From positions 930,001 through 994,000 of the forward strand of contig OZ251231.1 in the NCBI GenBank assembly GCA_965240325.2: DNA of 64,000 nt, given 5' to 3'. The position numbers and the translations under genes are program-made. The notes beneath the pieces are model-generated. The model was not told where the DNA came from. It was given only the letters and a program-made list of their open reading frames with translations, and made no database searches. Positions within the stretch are counted from its first letter, which is position 1, and each line of letters begins with the position of its first letter. The stretch is from Rebecca billardiae RCC1528. Taxonomy: Eukaryota > Protista > Haptophyta. Below, one piece after another: positions 47,333-58,415 of the stretch.

Positions 47333-48403
47333 AGGGCTGCGAACTCCCAGTGCCGCGAGTGAGAGGAGGTTGGGTATCGATCAACTCGTGCGCCCTCGCG
47401 GCGCAGCGGCTATGTCTCCTGGGGCGCCGCCCTGGAGGGCGCGTGGGGTGCGCACGCCGCGTGCTCCTGCGCCCGCGGCAGCGGGCGCGGACACGGCGCG
47501 CGTGGTTGGTCGCATGCTAGACAGCACGTAGTACCCCCCCACGCCGCGCGCCGCGCTCGCCGGCGCCCTCGCCGTGCCTCAGGCCAGCCCGCGCCCGCGC
47601 GCCGCACCAAGATCCAGTTGTAGCCACGCGCCAGCCGCCGGCGCGCGCGCGGTGTGCGGTGCGGTCGGCGCGGGGCGGGCGCGCGCCCGGGGCGAGGCTC
47701 GTGTACGATCGGCGCGCGCCATGCCGCCACGCGTCGCCGAACACGAGCTTGATCACGTTCCACGCGGCTGCTGATGGGTGCTCGTCGAGCATTCCTCAGC
47801 CATCAGAAATGAGCTTGGACAAGCGGCTGTGAGCGCGTCAGTGCGAGGAATGCGACGACTTGGGGACTCTTGCGCCATCATAGGATGCCAATCGTTCACA
47901 CATCAGTGGTCTGCGCATGTCTATCGCGCTTCGCTGCCTTCCCGTGATCGTCTCAACATGAGCATTTTCAAACTTGGCCAATGCACACTCGACAGCAACG
48001 CGTGCGCCGACCCATGCGGGCGCCAGCGTGGCGGCGCGTGGCGGCATGGCGCGCGCCGATCGTACACGAGCCTCGCCCCGGGCGCGCGCCCGCCCCACGC
48101 CGACCGCACCGCGCACCGCGCGCGCGCTGGCGGCTGGCGCGTGGCCACGGCTGGCTCTTGGTGCGGCGCGCGGGCGCGGGCTGGCCTGAGGCACGGCGAG
48201 GGCGCCGGCGAGCGCGGCGCGCGGCGTGGGAGGGCACTACGTGCTGTCTAGCATGCGACCAACCACGCGCGCCGTGTCCGCGCCCGCTGCCGCGGGCGCA
48301 GGAGCACGCGGCGTGCGCACCCCACGCGCCCTCCAGGGCGGCGCCCCAGGAGATCGATACCCAACCTCCTCTCACCGGCGCGGCACTGGGAGTTCGCAGC
48401 CCT
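47333..48403. mobile_element. Long inverted repeat: ~400-bp arms (47333-47739 / 48030-48403) around a ~290-bp spacer; MITE/foldback-like
   Basis: agggctgcgaactcccagtgccgcg...atgccgccacgcg matches the reverse complement of the right arm with few mismatches and one ~30-bp indel. Confidence 0.75.
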
Positions 48404-48878
48404 TGCGAGGAGGGATCCGACACTCCCCTTGATCCGAGCGACCTTTGAATCATCATCATCACTACATCTCTTGCTGTTCCCGGGGACGTAGCTGGGGGAG
48501 TTGACTGACAGATTGCACGAAAAACCGTTGGCCCCAATTGGGATCTGACTAAACTGTATTCCTCGGGATACCTATTGGAAGGCCATCAACCTTGTAAGAA
48601 TCACCGGACTTCGCGTGTCCTACCGGAAAACTCGCTCCGCTCGCATGCTTGTTCTTACAGAACAACCAATGCGAGCGGGGCTCGCGATAAAGAGCGAGTG
48701 ACTCACTCAGTTTACAGTTACTCAGCGACGCGACGCCATTGAGTATGGACGAACATCACCCACTACAGTCTGCGTGATGTGCATGCGAGGGCAGGTATTA
48801 TTGCAGCACATATGTGAGCATGCAGCAAATGCCGATACACACCATGCCGAAATAACTGGTGATGTATACACACACACA

Positions 48879-48946
48879 TATATATATATATATATCTATA
48901 TATATATATAGATATATATATCTATATATATATATATAGATATATA
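48879..48946. repeat. Interrupted (TA)n microsatellite
   Basis: tatata with occasional tcta/taga; further (TA)n tracts at 29570-29610 and 49421-49450. Confidence 0.95.
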
Positions 48947-49418
48947 CTTGCGCGTGGTGGCGAGCACAAGCAAAGAACGCAGAGGAGATGGGACCTCGGG
49001 CTTTGCAGATGCGCAGGCAAGCAGGCGGGGCTGCCGAGAGATGAGCAACTCGGCCCGAAAGGTCGTGTAACCGATGATCGAGCGAGCTGTCTGCTAGGTG
49101 GGCTGCTTGACGAACTTTGGTAAGTTGCCACGCCGACTTAAGATGACCTTGGATATGATCTCGAGCGCCGGATAGTGGAGAGGAGCGGGTACTTACAGAG
49201 GAGCCAGTGTGGTTGGCGGGTTGGCCGATATGAAAGGACCAGCGCCCGCCATGATGATGATAAAGGATAGCTCCGTGGCCGATGTCCGGCGATGAGCTCC
49301 GGAAATCGACTGCAACTACCTGCAGGACCTAGAAGACGATGGCGGGCCCCCTTGTCCACCAGCTGCGCGTTGCCTTTCCAGCCTCCCGACACACTCGGTT
49401 ATAACTCCGTTATAACGC

Positions 49419-49455
<37 letters not shown>

Positions 49456-49670
49456 TCGCATTGAAATAATATAGCATATATCATCATCAACTACGACTGA
49501 TGATTAATCGTCCGGCTGATGTCGTCAGCAATTTAATTACGATGACCCGTAATAATTTACCGCCGCGTATGATTGTAGCCAATCAGCATTGCGTCACTTA
49601 TATTAGTCTTACTCGTCTTACGATTATGCTGCTGCTACGAGTACGACGTACAAGCTCGTCATGTAATCCT

Positions 49671-49672
<2 letters not shown>

Positions 49673-49762
<90 letters not shown>

Positions 49763-49770
49763 GAGAGAGA
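49673..49770. repeat. (GA)n microsatellite
   Basis: More than 40 perfect GA units. Confidence 0.98.
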
Positions 49771-49858
49771 TGATATTCGATCGCGATCGATCGATCTCGG
49801 ATCGTCAGTCGTCCGCGGTGTGACACGCCGTGGCGGACCTCAGCCTCCTAACTCCTAA

Positions 49859-51406
49859 CTAAGGCTGCCCCATGTGGCTGTGCTGCTCAGTGTCATCGTC
49901 CGATGATGCCAGTGCGAGGTGCGCTTCGAGGGGGAGGTGGTCCGATGGATGGACACATGACGGCAGCGCGCCGTGAGCTGCGAGCTCGGACTCGTCCGGG
50001 AGGTCGAGAACCGCGCGCGCACGCACGCCTTGCTCCACCAGCACGTAGTCGAGGGTGCCCTTGAAATCGGGCGTGTAGTTGGTGTGCACGGGCTCGCGGC
50101 CGAGCACTTGCCGGTACGCGCTCTCCAGGCGAAGGGCGTGCGAGAGCGCTCGTGGGCGCAACGGCGGCTGCGGGGGTGCTGCGTTGGCGGCGGGCGCGTC
50201 CTCTCTCGCAGCCGCCGCCCGCAGCGCTGTCACCGGCACAAAGTGGGCCGGGTGATGCGGGTGCGATGGGTCGAGGGTGCGCGATCGCATCAGCTCATAC
50301 ACACCGCTCTCGGGGCACAGGCCAGCGGCACTCGGTGTCGCGCCGCCACTGCCGCCACCTTCTTCGCGCTGTGGTGTCGAGTTGAGGTCCGCGCCGATCA
50401 CGACAGGCCACGCCGTGCGCGGCGCGCCATCGGCTGCGCTCACCTCCGCGCGGAACGCGTGCAGCGCGCGGCACAGCAGCTCAGCCTGCAGGGCCTTCAG
50501 ACCCGGCACGCGTGGGTCCCAGTGCAGGTGCGAGTTGGCGACGCAGAGGCCTCGGGCGGTGTGCTGCCCCTCGGCGTTGGCGAGACGAAGCGCGGTGAGC
50601 AGCACAATCGAGCCTCGCGCCCTCGCCTCCTCCACCACCGCTGCCCCCAGCGCGTCGCCTTCGGCCGCATCCAACACGTCCGCGAGCGGAACGGCCCGGC
50701 GCTCGGCGAGCGTGAAGCGCGCGCGCCGGTGGAACGTCGCGCAGCCGTGCGGCGCCAAGCCGCGGCGGGTGCGGCGGCAGGCCAGCATCCCGGCGTACCC
50801 AGCCGCGCGCATCGCGGGCTCCAGCTCCGCGTCGTACGCCGCAGCGTCCACCTCCTGCAGGCACAGCACGTCAGCTGTGAGCTCCTCTGTCAGCTGGCGC
50901 TTGAGCGTGCGCCAGCGGAGTGCCCAGCGGAGCGCCCACGCCGGGCAGTGGCGGTGGTACTCAGGCGAGGCGGTGGATTGCGACATGATGTTGTACGTGA
51001 CCACTCGCGCGATGACCGGCTGGGCCCCCGGCGGGCGGGGCGCGCACACAAGCTGCCGTGGTGCGCGCGGGCCAAACTCGAACACGACAGGTGCGGTCGT
51101 CCGCACCGCGCTGGGCAGGCCAGTGTCGACGCCATCGACGTTGAGAGGCGTCACGGTCAGACGGAGCTTCCGACCTACGTCAGAGTCCGTCGGCGTGTAC
51201 GCGATATCGCCGCCCACGCGTACCCAGGGCTCGTCTGGCGAGCGCCCTTCGCGCATCCACTCCGCGCGGTGCGCGTCCTGCGCAACGTGCATCATCATGA
51301 GCTTGGGGCAGAGCTGCACACCGACGATGGGCGGAGCGGAAGGGAGGTGCAGCCGATGCACGACGGGCGTTGCGCGCACGTCGTCGGGCGCGCGTGGGCG
51401 CTTCAT
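49859..51406 (-). CDS. CCR4/PDE12-family exonuclease-endonuclease-phosphatase (deadenylase / 2',5'-phosphodiesterase-like)
   Basis: N-terminal WVRVG...YTPT.SDVG..LRL domain; catalytic VTYNI, LCLQEVD, ANSHLHW, GADLNS, TLDYV, PSDHLPL. Confidence 0.92.
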   Translation of the reverse strand: MKRPRAPDDVRATPVVHRLHLPSAPPIVGVQLCPKLMMMHVAQDAHRAEWMREGRSPDEPWVRVGGDIAYTPTDSDVGRKLRLTVTPLNVDGVDTGLPSAVRTTAPVVFEFGPRAPRQLVCAPRPPGAQPVIARVVTYNIMSQSTASPEYHRHCPAWALRWALRWRTLKRQLTEELTADVLCLQEVDAAAYDAELEPAMRAAGYAGMLACRRTRRGLAPHGCATFHRRARFTLAERRAVPLADVLDAAEGDALGAAVVEEARARGSIVLLTALRLANAEGQHTARGLCVANSHLHWDPRVPGLKALQAELLCRALHAFRAEVSAADGAPRTAWPVVIGADLNSTPQREEGGGSGGATPSAAGLCPESGVYELMRSRTLDPSHPHHPAHFVPVTALRAAAAREDAPAANAAPPQPPLRPRALSHALRLESAYRQVLGREPVHTNYTPDFKGTLDYVLVEQGVRARAVLDLPDESELAAHGALPSCVHPSDHLPLEAHLALASSDDDTEQHSHMGQP

Positions 51407-51688
51407 GCATGCTCGCTTGCAAGTCAGCACTACCAGCAATCACGAAACGCGGTCGCCATCGTGCAAGCCAATACATCAGTACCCCCATACTGGTACAGCA
51501 GCAATACTTTTTTACTAGAACAGACAGAGTAGAGAGAGTGACAGAGACTCCTCATCCGGTCAAGACTCATCACAGACAAGAGACGACTGTCGTCAAGTAC
51601 TGTGGTGACAACGACCGACGGCTCGTCAGATAAGTATGCTACAGTATGCTGCTGAAGACTACAGCATCACTCATCAGCGGACCTCGTG

Positions 51689-54449
51689 TCACATATGCTT
51701 GCCCTTGGCCTCCTCGTAGTCCGGGTCGTCAGACTCCTCGCCCTCAGTCGGCGACTCGTCGTCACCGCTGCCATCGAAATCAATCGCAATGAGCCGATCG
51801 GATCTGCCAGGCTGGCTGCGCGCCTCGACGCTCGGCCCGCTGCCCAGCTGGCGCGGGTACCCGCGCGCGCTCCTCCAGCTATCCACCCCTTGGAATAGCC
51901 GGCGGAGCATGCCCCAGGCGTCCGTCAGACTCCCCGCCTCCACATCCGGCCGCAACTCGTTGACCAGATCTGCGAGCGCATCTTCCGCTCGGCGCAGCGC
52001 GTGGTCGGGCGCCGGGATGGAGCCCGCCGGTGCGCTGGGGGCGCAGACCACGGCTGTCCTTGGGCTCGTGTCTCGCGGCGTGGGCTTCCTCTTCTTCGCC
52101 CCCTTGGCCGAAGGCGACTTGTTCGCCGGGGCCTCCCGTCTGCGGATGGCGTGCTCGATGGTGAGGGGCACGACCGGAGTCACCTGGCGGGTGGGTGCGC
52201 GCCCGCAGGGGCGCCGAGGGGCGCACGCGTCGGCGAGCGGTGTGCGCAGTGATGCACGGCGCTCCGGCGGCGCGGCGGTCGGGGCGAGCGCGCGCACCGC
52301 GCGGCCTGATCGCCGGGTCTCCGTGGGCAGCTCGGCGCTCGCAGGGCGTGGGCGCGCGCCCGGCAGCGCCTTGCGCGGTCGCTTGGCGCCCGAAGCGGTG
52401 GCGAGCGGCGCGTCCGAGGCCTCCGCCGGCGCACCGGCCGACTCGTCCGCTGGCGCCAGCGGTGCCGAGGACTCGGCGGCGGAGAGCAGCTCCGGCGGCG
52501 TGTTGGCGATGGCCCACTTCACCTGCGCCTGCCGCACCCTGAAGACGAGCTGCATCAGGGACAGGCCGCCACACACGCCCGCTGCAGCCGGCGCGCCGCC
52601 CGCCGCGCCGCCCGCCGTGCCGCCGCCCGGTGCGCGCGCTCGCTGCGTGAGGCGCTCCTTGGCGTGGTCGAGCTGGAGGCCGTGCTGCTCCTCGTGCAGC
52701 CGGACCCAGAACAGCGCGCCGCACGTGAGGCGCGCGTACAGCAGCTGCGCCCGAGCGGCGATCGAACGCGCGCACACGGTCAGCACGCGCACGCGACGCA
52801 GCGCGCGCGGACGGCCGCGGCCACGCCCGCGCGCAGTCGCCGCGCCGCGCGCGCACCGGCTTCGGCTTCCACTTGCGGAACTCTGCGTACGAGAGGCCAA
52901 TCTCGCTCGCCATGTCATCCTCGGTCGACAGCCCGAGATACTTGCACAGCTCGTCGTACACCGGCCGGGACGTGCCGTCGCCGCGCCCGGTCGCGATGGT
53001 GATCACCGACTCGAGCGAGACGCTGTCGCGCGACGGGTCGGCGAGCACGTCGCCCGTGAACCACGCGTGCGGCCGCCCTGCGTTGAGCACCTTCTCCTTC
53101 CAGCACACGTACGTGCCGGAGAGGCCGATGCCAGACTTGTGGAGGGTGTACCGAGTCGCGCCCTCGCGCATCAGCGCGTCCTGCAGCGGCGGCCAGCACC
53201 CGACCATCCGCCCGCGCACGCCGGGCAGCTCGATGCACTCCGCGCCACTCAGCTTGCACTTCATGTCCGGAGCCCTCGCGATCTCGCTCAGCTGCGCGAG
53301 CAGCGAGTCCCGCTCGAGCCGCAGCTGCTGGCCCTGCACGCTCGCGCGCAGCGGGCGCGCGCTCTCGTCGTCTCCAAACTCGGGGAGCGGGAAGAGCCCA
53401 GTGCCCGGCGGCAGGTACGAGGCGGCGAGCTCGTCCAAGAGGTCGTCCGGGCACACGAGGCGGCGCGGCGCGCCAACCGCCGCACCGCACCCGCCTCCGC
53501 CACCCGCGGCGGAGCTCGACGGCTCCGGCTCCGCCTGCGCGCGCTGCACGCGCGATGGAGGCGGCACAAACGCCTCCAAGTCCTTGTCATCGTACTCGAC
53601 GGTCACGCTGACGCCCCCGGACTCACTGCAGCCGCCGCACGTGTGCACAAAGGCCACGCGCCCGGGGAACCAGCGCCCCTTCGCCAGGAAGTTCGCGCTC
53701 ACGCGCTCCCCGACCCGCAGCCTCTCGGCCGGGCGCGAGCGCAGTTCCGCCGCGAGGTTCCAGTAGATGAAGCGCGTGCACCGGCTGCCGCCGCGCGCGC
53801 GCATGCTCGCGCGCACGGTGTCGACGAGCGCGTGCAGCACGCGGCCCGTGAGCTCGCGGTTCTCGCCGCAGGCGAACGGGTGTGCCGTGAGAATGCCCGC
53901 CTGCACGATGAAGCGGTCGCGGTCGCGCTCGCCGCCAAAGTCGAGTGCCGCGCCAGCGCGATCGAGGCTGACGCCACAGACGGCGCGGCTCACGGCCGCA
54001 TCGTCGAAGAGATCGTCCAGCTGCGGGCCGAAGCGGCCAATCCCCGCCCGACCGCCCACCTCGTCCACCGTGATCACGAGCAGCTCAGCAGCGCTGTCGG
54101 CCGGTCCAAGCTTCGCCTGGAAGAGCTTGGAGCCGACGCCCTTGAGGTTGTGCCGGCCGTACGTGACGTCCTTCTGGTGACCCGTGTCAAAAAGCTTGGC
54201 CAGCTCCTCCACGTAAGTGTCCGTCTCGACGACGAGGAAGGGCCCCTCGGCACGCCACGGCTCGTCCTCCGTCGGCACAGTGATTGTCTCGTGCAGGGCC
54301 ACGCGCACCTCCGAGTCAAGGCTGAGAGCGTTGTCGACGACCTCCTTGAAGGCGCTCGACAGCCGCGCGTGGACCTCCTTCTGCGGGAGCCAGCAGCTAG
54401 TCGAGGTCTGCGCAGGGCCGGCGACGACGCGCTGCTGCCCGAGCGACAT
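51689..54449 (-). CDS. Divergent MORC-like GHKL protein with an inserted Tudor-like domain; predicted introns 52745-52856 and possibly 52184-52297
   Basis: AFKEVVDNA (motif I), GRHNLKGVGSKL (motif III), LLVIT, TRFIYWNL, LAASYLP, SVQGQQL and GTYVCWKEKVL follow MORC order; Tudor-like LRVGERVSANF...GRWFPGRV...VEYDDKDLE. Confidence 0.68.
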
Positions 54450-54820
54450 GCCGAACCGGCTATTACGACGGAATCGCACGCATCAAAATCAAAATTCAGG
54501 CCATCAAATAAACCCCCAATACCGCACACTGACCGCCCGTCTGCATAGTTGCTGGCGCAAGCGCCACCGAAGCCGTCCGAAGCGCGCCGAACGCGAGCTT
54601 CGGCGGCGCCGGCGACCGCCGCGTCGGGCTGACGCCACCGCCGCTGCCTGACCGTCGTGCCGGACACTCGGACCGAGTGGTAGTAGCACGTAGAGCGACT
54701 CGTGTCTCGTAGGAGTAGGACTCCCGTCACTCCGCGGCCAGTCGCCAGCGGCCAGGCTGATCGGCTCAGCCGACGTACTCTCCCTTCGGCTCCATCCCAG
54801 GTCTTGCCGGCTGGCGAGCG

Positions 54821-55630
54821 TCAGCCCCGGGACCGCTTGAAGCTGGCGGACACCCATTTTCCAGCTGTCGTGTCCCACTTCTTCCCATTGGGCGGGCGGC
54901 CTCGGGGCTGCGCGTAGCCGCCGTCGGCGGGGGGCTCCGATGGCCGCGCGGGCTTCTCTGGAGCCGTGTAATCCGGGTCGTCGACGTACTCGCCGCGCTC
55001 CGCGTCCCAGAGCTTGCCCTGCGGCGGACGACCCTTCGGCCGCGTGTGCCCCTTTGGCGGCTGCTCTCGCGCGGGCTTCTCTGGAGCCGTGTAGTCCGGG
55101 TCGTCGACGTACTCGCCGCGCTCTGCGTCCCAGAGCTTGCCCTGCGGCGGACGACCCCTCGGCCGTGTGTGCCCCTTTGGCACCTCTCGCGCGGGCTTCT
55201 CTGGAGCCGTGTAATCCGGGTCGTCGACGTACTCGCCACGCTCGGCGTCCCAGAGCTTGCCCCGTGGCGGAAAACCGCGCGGCCGCTTGTGCCCCTTCGG
55301 CGGCTGCTCTCGCGCGGGCTTCTCTGGAGCCGTGTAATCCGGGTCGTCGACGTACTCGCCGCGCTCCGCGTCCCAGAGCTTGCCCTGCGGCGGACGACCC
55401 TTCGGCCGCGTGTGCCCCTTTGGCGGCTGCTCTCGCGCGGGCTTCTCTGGAGCCGTGTAATCCGGGTCGTCGACGTACTCGCCGCGCTCCGCGTCCCAGA
55501 GCTTGCCCCGCGGCGGACGACCCTTCGGCCGCGTGTGCCCCTTTGGCGGCTGCTCTTCGGGAGACGAGTCGGATTCTCCCTCGGACTCACTCCCACTCTC
55601 GCTCACCTCGATCGCGCGTTTTGGTCCCAT
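54821..55630 (-). CDS. Repeat protein with five 40-41-aa units plus one divergent unit, each an AT-hook-like (K/R)GRPP followed by GK.WD...G.(Y/W)V
   Basis: DNA unit spacing 123/120/123/123 bp; acidic Ser-rich N-terminus; the frame is preserved through the indel. Confidence 0.8.
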   Translation of the reverse strand: MGPKRAIEVSESGSESEGESDSSPEEQPPKGHTRPKGRPPRGKLWDAERGEYVDDPDYTAPEKPAREQPPKGHTRPKGRPPQGKLWDAERGEYVDDPDYTAPEKPAREQPPKGHKRPRGFPPRGKLWDAERGEYVDDPDYTAPEKPAREVPKGHTRPRGRPPQGKLWDAERGEYVDDPDYTAPEKPAREQPPKGHTRPKGRPPQGKLWDAERGEYVDDPDYTAPEKPARPSEPPADGGYAQPRGRPPNGKKWDTTAGKWVSASFKRSRG

Positions 55631-55994
55631 GATCGGGTGCGAGCTCGGGCTTGGCGGTGCGCGGCGGTGGTGGCGGCGGCGGCAGCGGTGGGCCCCCCCG
55701 AACGAACGGCGAAAACTCAGAACTCTCGGAGGCCCCGCGTGGCCGCGCCGCCGCGCGCGCGGCAAGACAACTTTTAAAAATAAAACTGTGCCTGCCCGCC
55801 GCTGCCCGTGCGGGCGCGGTCGGGTCACCGGTCACTGGTCAGCAGTGCCTCCGGACTCACAGTGCCTCCGGACTCACATCGAATTGGTCCGGTTGGCTGT
55901 GGGGGTTTTAACCGTCGTCGCGTTATTCTGCTCCTAAACTCGGCTGTGTGGAGGCCGGTTGGCGCCTTGGCGGACGGCTCCCTACCACCGCCTC

Positions 55995-56474
55995 ATGCCC
56001 GTCGCACGAGCGCTCGGATCGCGACTTCTGCCGGCGGCCGCTTCCGTCGTAGCGCCACCTCGGCAGCTCCTTGCGCCTCTGCGCGCTCCCACGTTCGATC
56101 AGTGGGTGCGCAACAAGCAGCCGGTGGCCAAGCTGGAGGCCATCTCACGGCGAGCACTCCCTGCGCGCCGCACGGATCCATCCAAGGTCCAGGCGCCGAT
56201 CGTTCGGGCTGAGGGCAAGCCATCCGTGTTGCTGCACCCCGAGCCCACCGCCCAGGTCCTCCAAGCCGGAGAAGCCGCCCGTGCGGAGCTCGGCAAAATG
56301 CTCGGCAAGCTGAGGGCGCATTTCAAGACATTTCAAGAGCGGGACATGTCTGGTGAGCACGGCTGGGCCCGAGTTGGAGCACGAGCCAAAGCGAAGAAGC
56401 AGAAGAAGATGATGCGAAAGTTGGAAGCAGCAAGCCAACAGCGGCTCGTGCTTGATGTCTACGAGCACGCTTAA
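55995..56474 (+). CDS. Hypothetical basic protein with a mitochondrial-presequence-like N-terminus
   Basis: MPVARALGSRLLPAAASVV... is Arg/Ala/Leu-rich with no acidic residues; Lys-rich helical C-terminus. Confidence 0.55.
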   Translation: MPVARALGSRLLPAAASVVAPPRQLLAPLRAPTFDQWVRNKQPVAKLEAISRRALPARRTDPSKVQAPIVRAEGKPSVLLHPEPTAQVLQAGEAARAELGKMLGKLRAHFKTFQERDMSGEHGWARVGARAKAKKQKKMMRKLEAASQQRLVLDVYEHA

Positions 56475-57499
56475 GACGCTGGACAGGACTGTAAAGTTTC
56501 GACGGTCACGCGGTCGAGGGGCGGGTGACCGCGACGGCTGCGGACGTCCGAGCTGCACCCGGCGCCGGCAGTCGCGACCGCGCGGCAGCCCGCGAGACTT
56601 AGGAGCTAGTGACACCTCAGCCTCAGATGCGCGAGTCACTAAGAGTAAGAGTGAGCTACTGGTCAGTCGTCATCTGAGTAACTTTAAGAGTCAGAAATCG
56701 TAGTAGTCACGCTGAAGCAGCTCGCTCGGATCCAGCAGAATCGGGATCCGCACCCCGGGTCGCTGATGATTAATTATATGAGAATTCTCAATAATATTAT
56801 TAATAAGTCATTAAGATACTAAGCAGCAGACTTTTCAGTGTAACTCAGCAGACTTAGTTAATATCAAATCTGACGAGCGAGTTCTAATAGTAACTAATAA
56901 TAATAGAGACTAAACTCGGTGCCGGGTGCGGCCTGGCAGCCGCCGCCTGAGTAACACTGACTGACCGTGTAGCGTCACCGGTCAGTGTCGGTCAGGGCTG
57001 AGCCCGCGCTGACTCGGCGGCTGACTGCTGAGCCGCTGGCCCTGACGACCGGAGTCGGCGCGGCTAGTGGGACCGGCGACTTCACAAGTGACAACTGAAG
57101 GTCCGGTCTGTCCCAGCATTAGGAGTCTACACGACCAAGGGTGGAGCGGGATAGCTCTATGCCTGGAATACGGACCCATAAGGAATCAAGATGACGACTT
57201 GAATAAATCAAGCGCGGCGCGCAGCGCCGCGGGCCGTGGCGAGCGGTGCGCGGCGCCGCGGCGGCCGCGGGCCCGGCCGCAGGCGCCGCACCGCCGCCCG
57301 CGCCGCGCGCCGCGGCCGGCGCGGCCCCGACGGCCGGCACTGCGCCGCTCGACGACTAACTAGTCATCGTCAGACGTCAGTGGCTCAGTCGTCGTCAGGA
57401 CGAGCAAGAAAGGACGCCTTGTGCGCAGCCTTCCTCAACCGCGACAGCACCCGCTGGGACGCACCGCCGCTGTCGCGAGCTGCGCACTGGGCTTCGGAT

Positions 57500-57700
57500 C
57501 TGCTTGCTTGATGCTGTGGTGTCCACCGCAGCGTACCACTGCCGTACGTACCTCGAGAGGTCAAGTTGGTGCAGCTGCGGGAGGTTGAAGGACAGCCACA
57601 CGAGCATGGCCAAGGTTCCGTCGGCAAGCGAAGCTCGCTGGGTCGTCTTCGCCAGCGTCATGTTGCGCCCCGCGCGCTCAGTGTCCGACTCTTGCTAAGT
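57500..57700 (-). pseudogene. hAT transposase C-terminal dimerisation-domain-like remnant
   Basis: ESDTERAGRNMTLAKTTQRASLADGTLAMLVWLSFNLPQLHQLDLSRYVRQW fits the S..ER.FS.M...KT..R..L...TL..L..I..N.P pattern; in-frame stop immediately upstream. Confidence 0.5.
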
Positions 57701-58415
57701 GAGAGTGCGCACGAGCTGCACAGGCGGTGGTGATCAACAGCAGCGGCGATGCGCGCACGAATATCCGATAGCGATCATGTAGTCCCTTGGACTCTCGAGA
57801 CAGTGTCATCGCAGCGGAGGCGCTCTGACCTGGTCAAGCCGCCCGCGCTCATTGCGAATGCTCACGTTCCAGCAAGCGGAAAGGCTCATCGAAGACGACG
57901 CTTTGCTGCTCGAGCACGCAAAGAGTGACTTGCTCCGAGAACTCGACAACCGGACGGGCGGTGGAGCCACTCTCGACTACTCACCAAGAGCATTCCTCAG
58001 GACCGCAACCACATCTGGTCGCACACCATCTGCTCACATGTCGTTGGGCCGCGTGCACGTGGAATTGCACTCGGTCAGACACGTGATCGCTCATGCAGTC
58101 GGCAAGCAGCGGCAAGGAGCCGGGGTTGCGGGCCACCAAGGTGTCCCAAGGCTCTGAGCATACCCACAGACGACATTTGAGGCCACCTGCGCCGCCACAA
58201 CCGCACCGCCAGTGCGTGGATTCCCGGCCTACGCTCGCTGTGGACCACGCCGCCGCCGGCCAGGCAGCCATGCTGACAAATAAGAGGACGGGTGTGGGCG
58301 CCCAGCCACGTCTTGATTTTCTGGCGGTGGGCTCGATCGACAACTTGATGATTTTTTCCTGCATCTGCGAGCATACGCTCAAACCCGATTCCAGCCTTGT
58401 ACACGACGTCGCTCA

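Noticed and set aside
49030-49320. Possible hammerhead ribozyme (gatgag...gaaa with small hairpins)
   Set aside because: No CTGATGA core and the three stems cannot be assembled.
57852-58157. Plus-strand 101-aa ORF (IEDDALLLEHAKSDLLRELDNR)
   Set aside because: Non-ATG start, no recognisable domain, within a degenerate region; cannot be supported as a gene.
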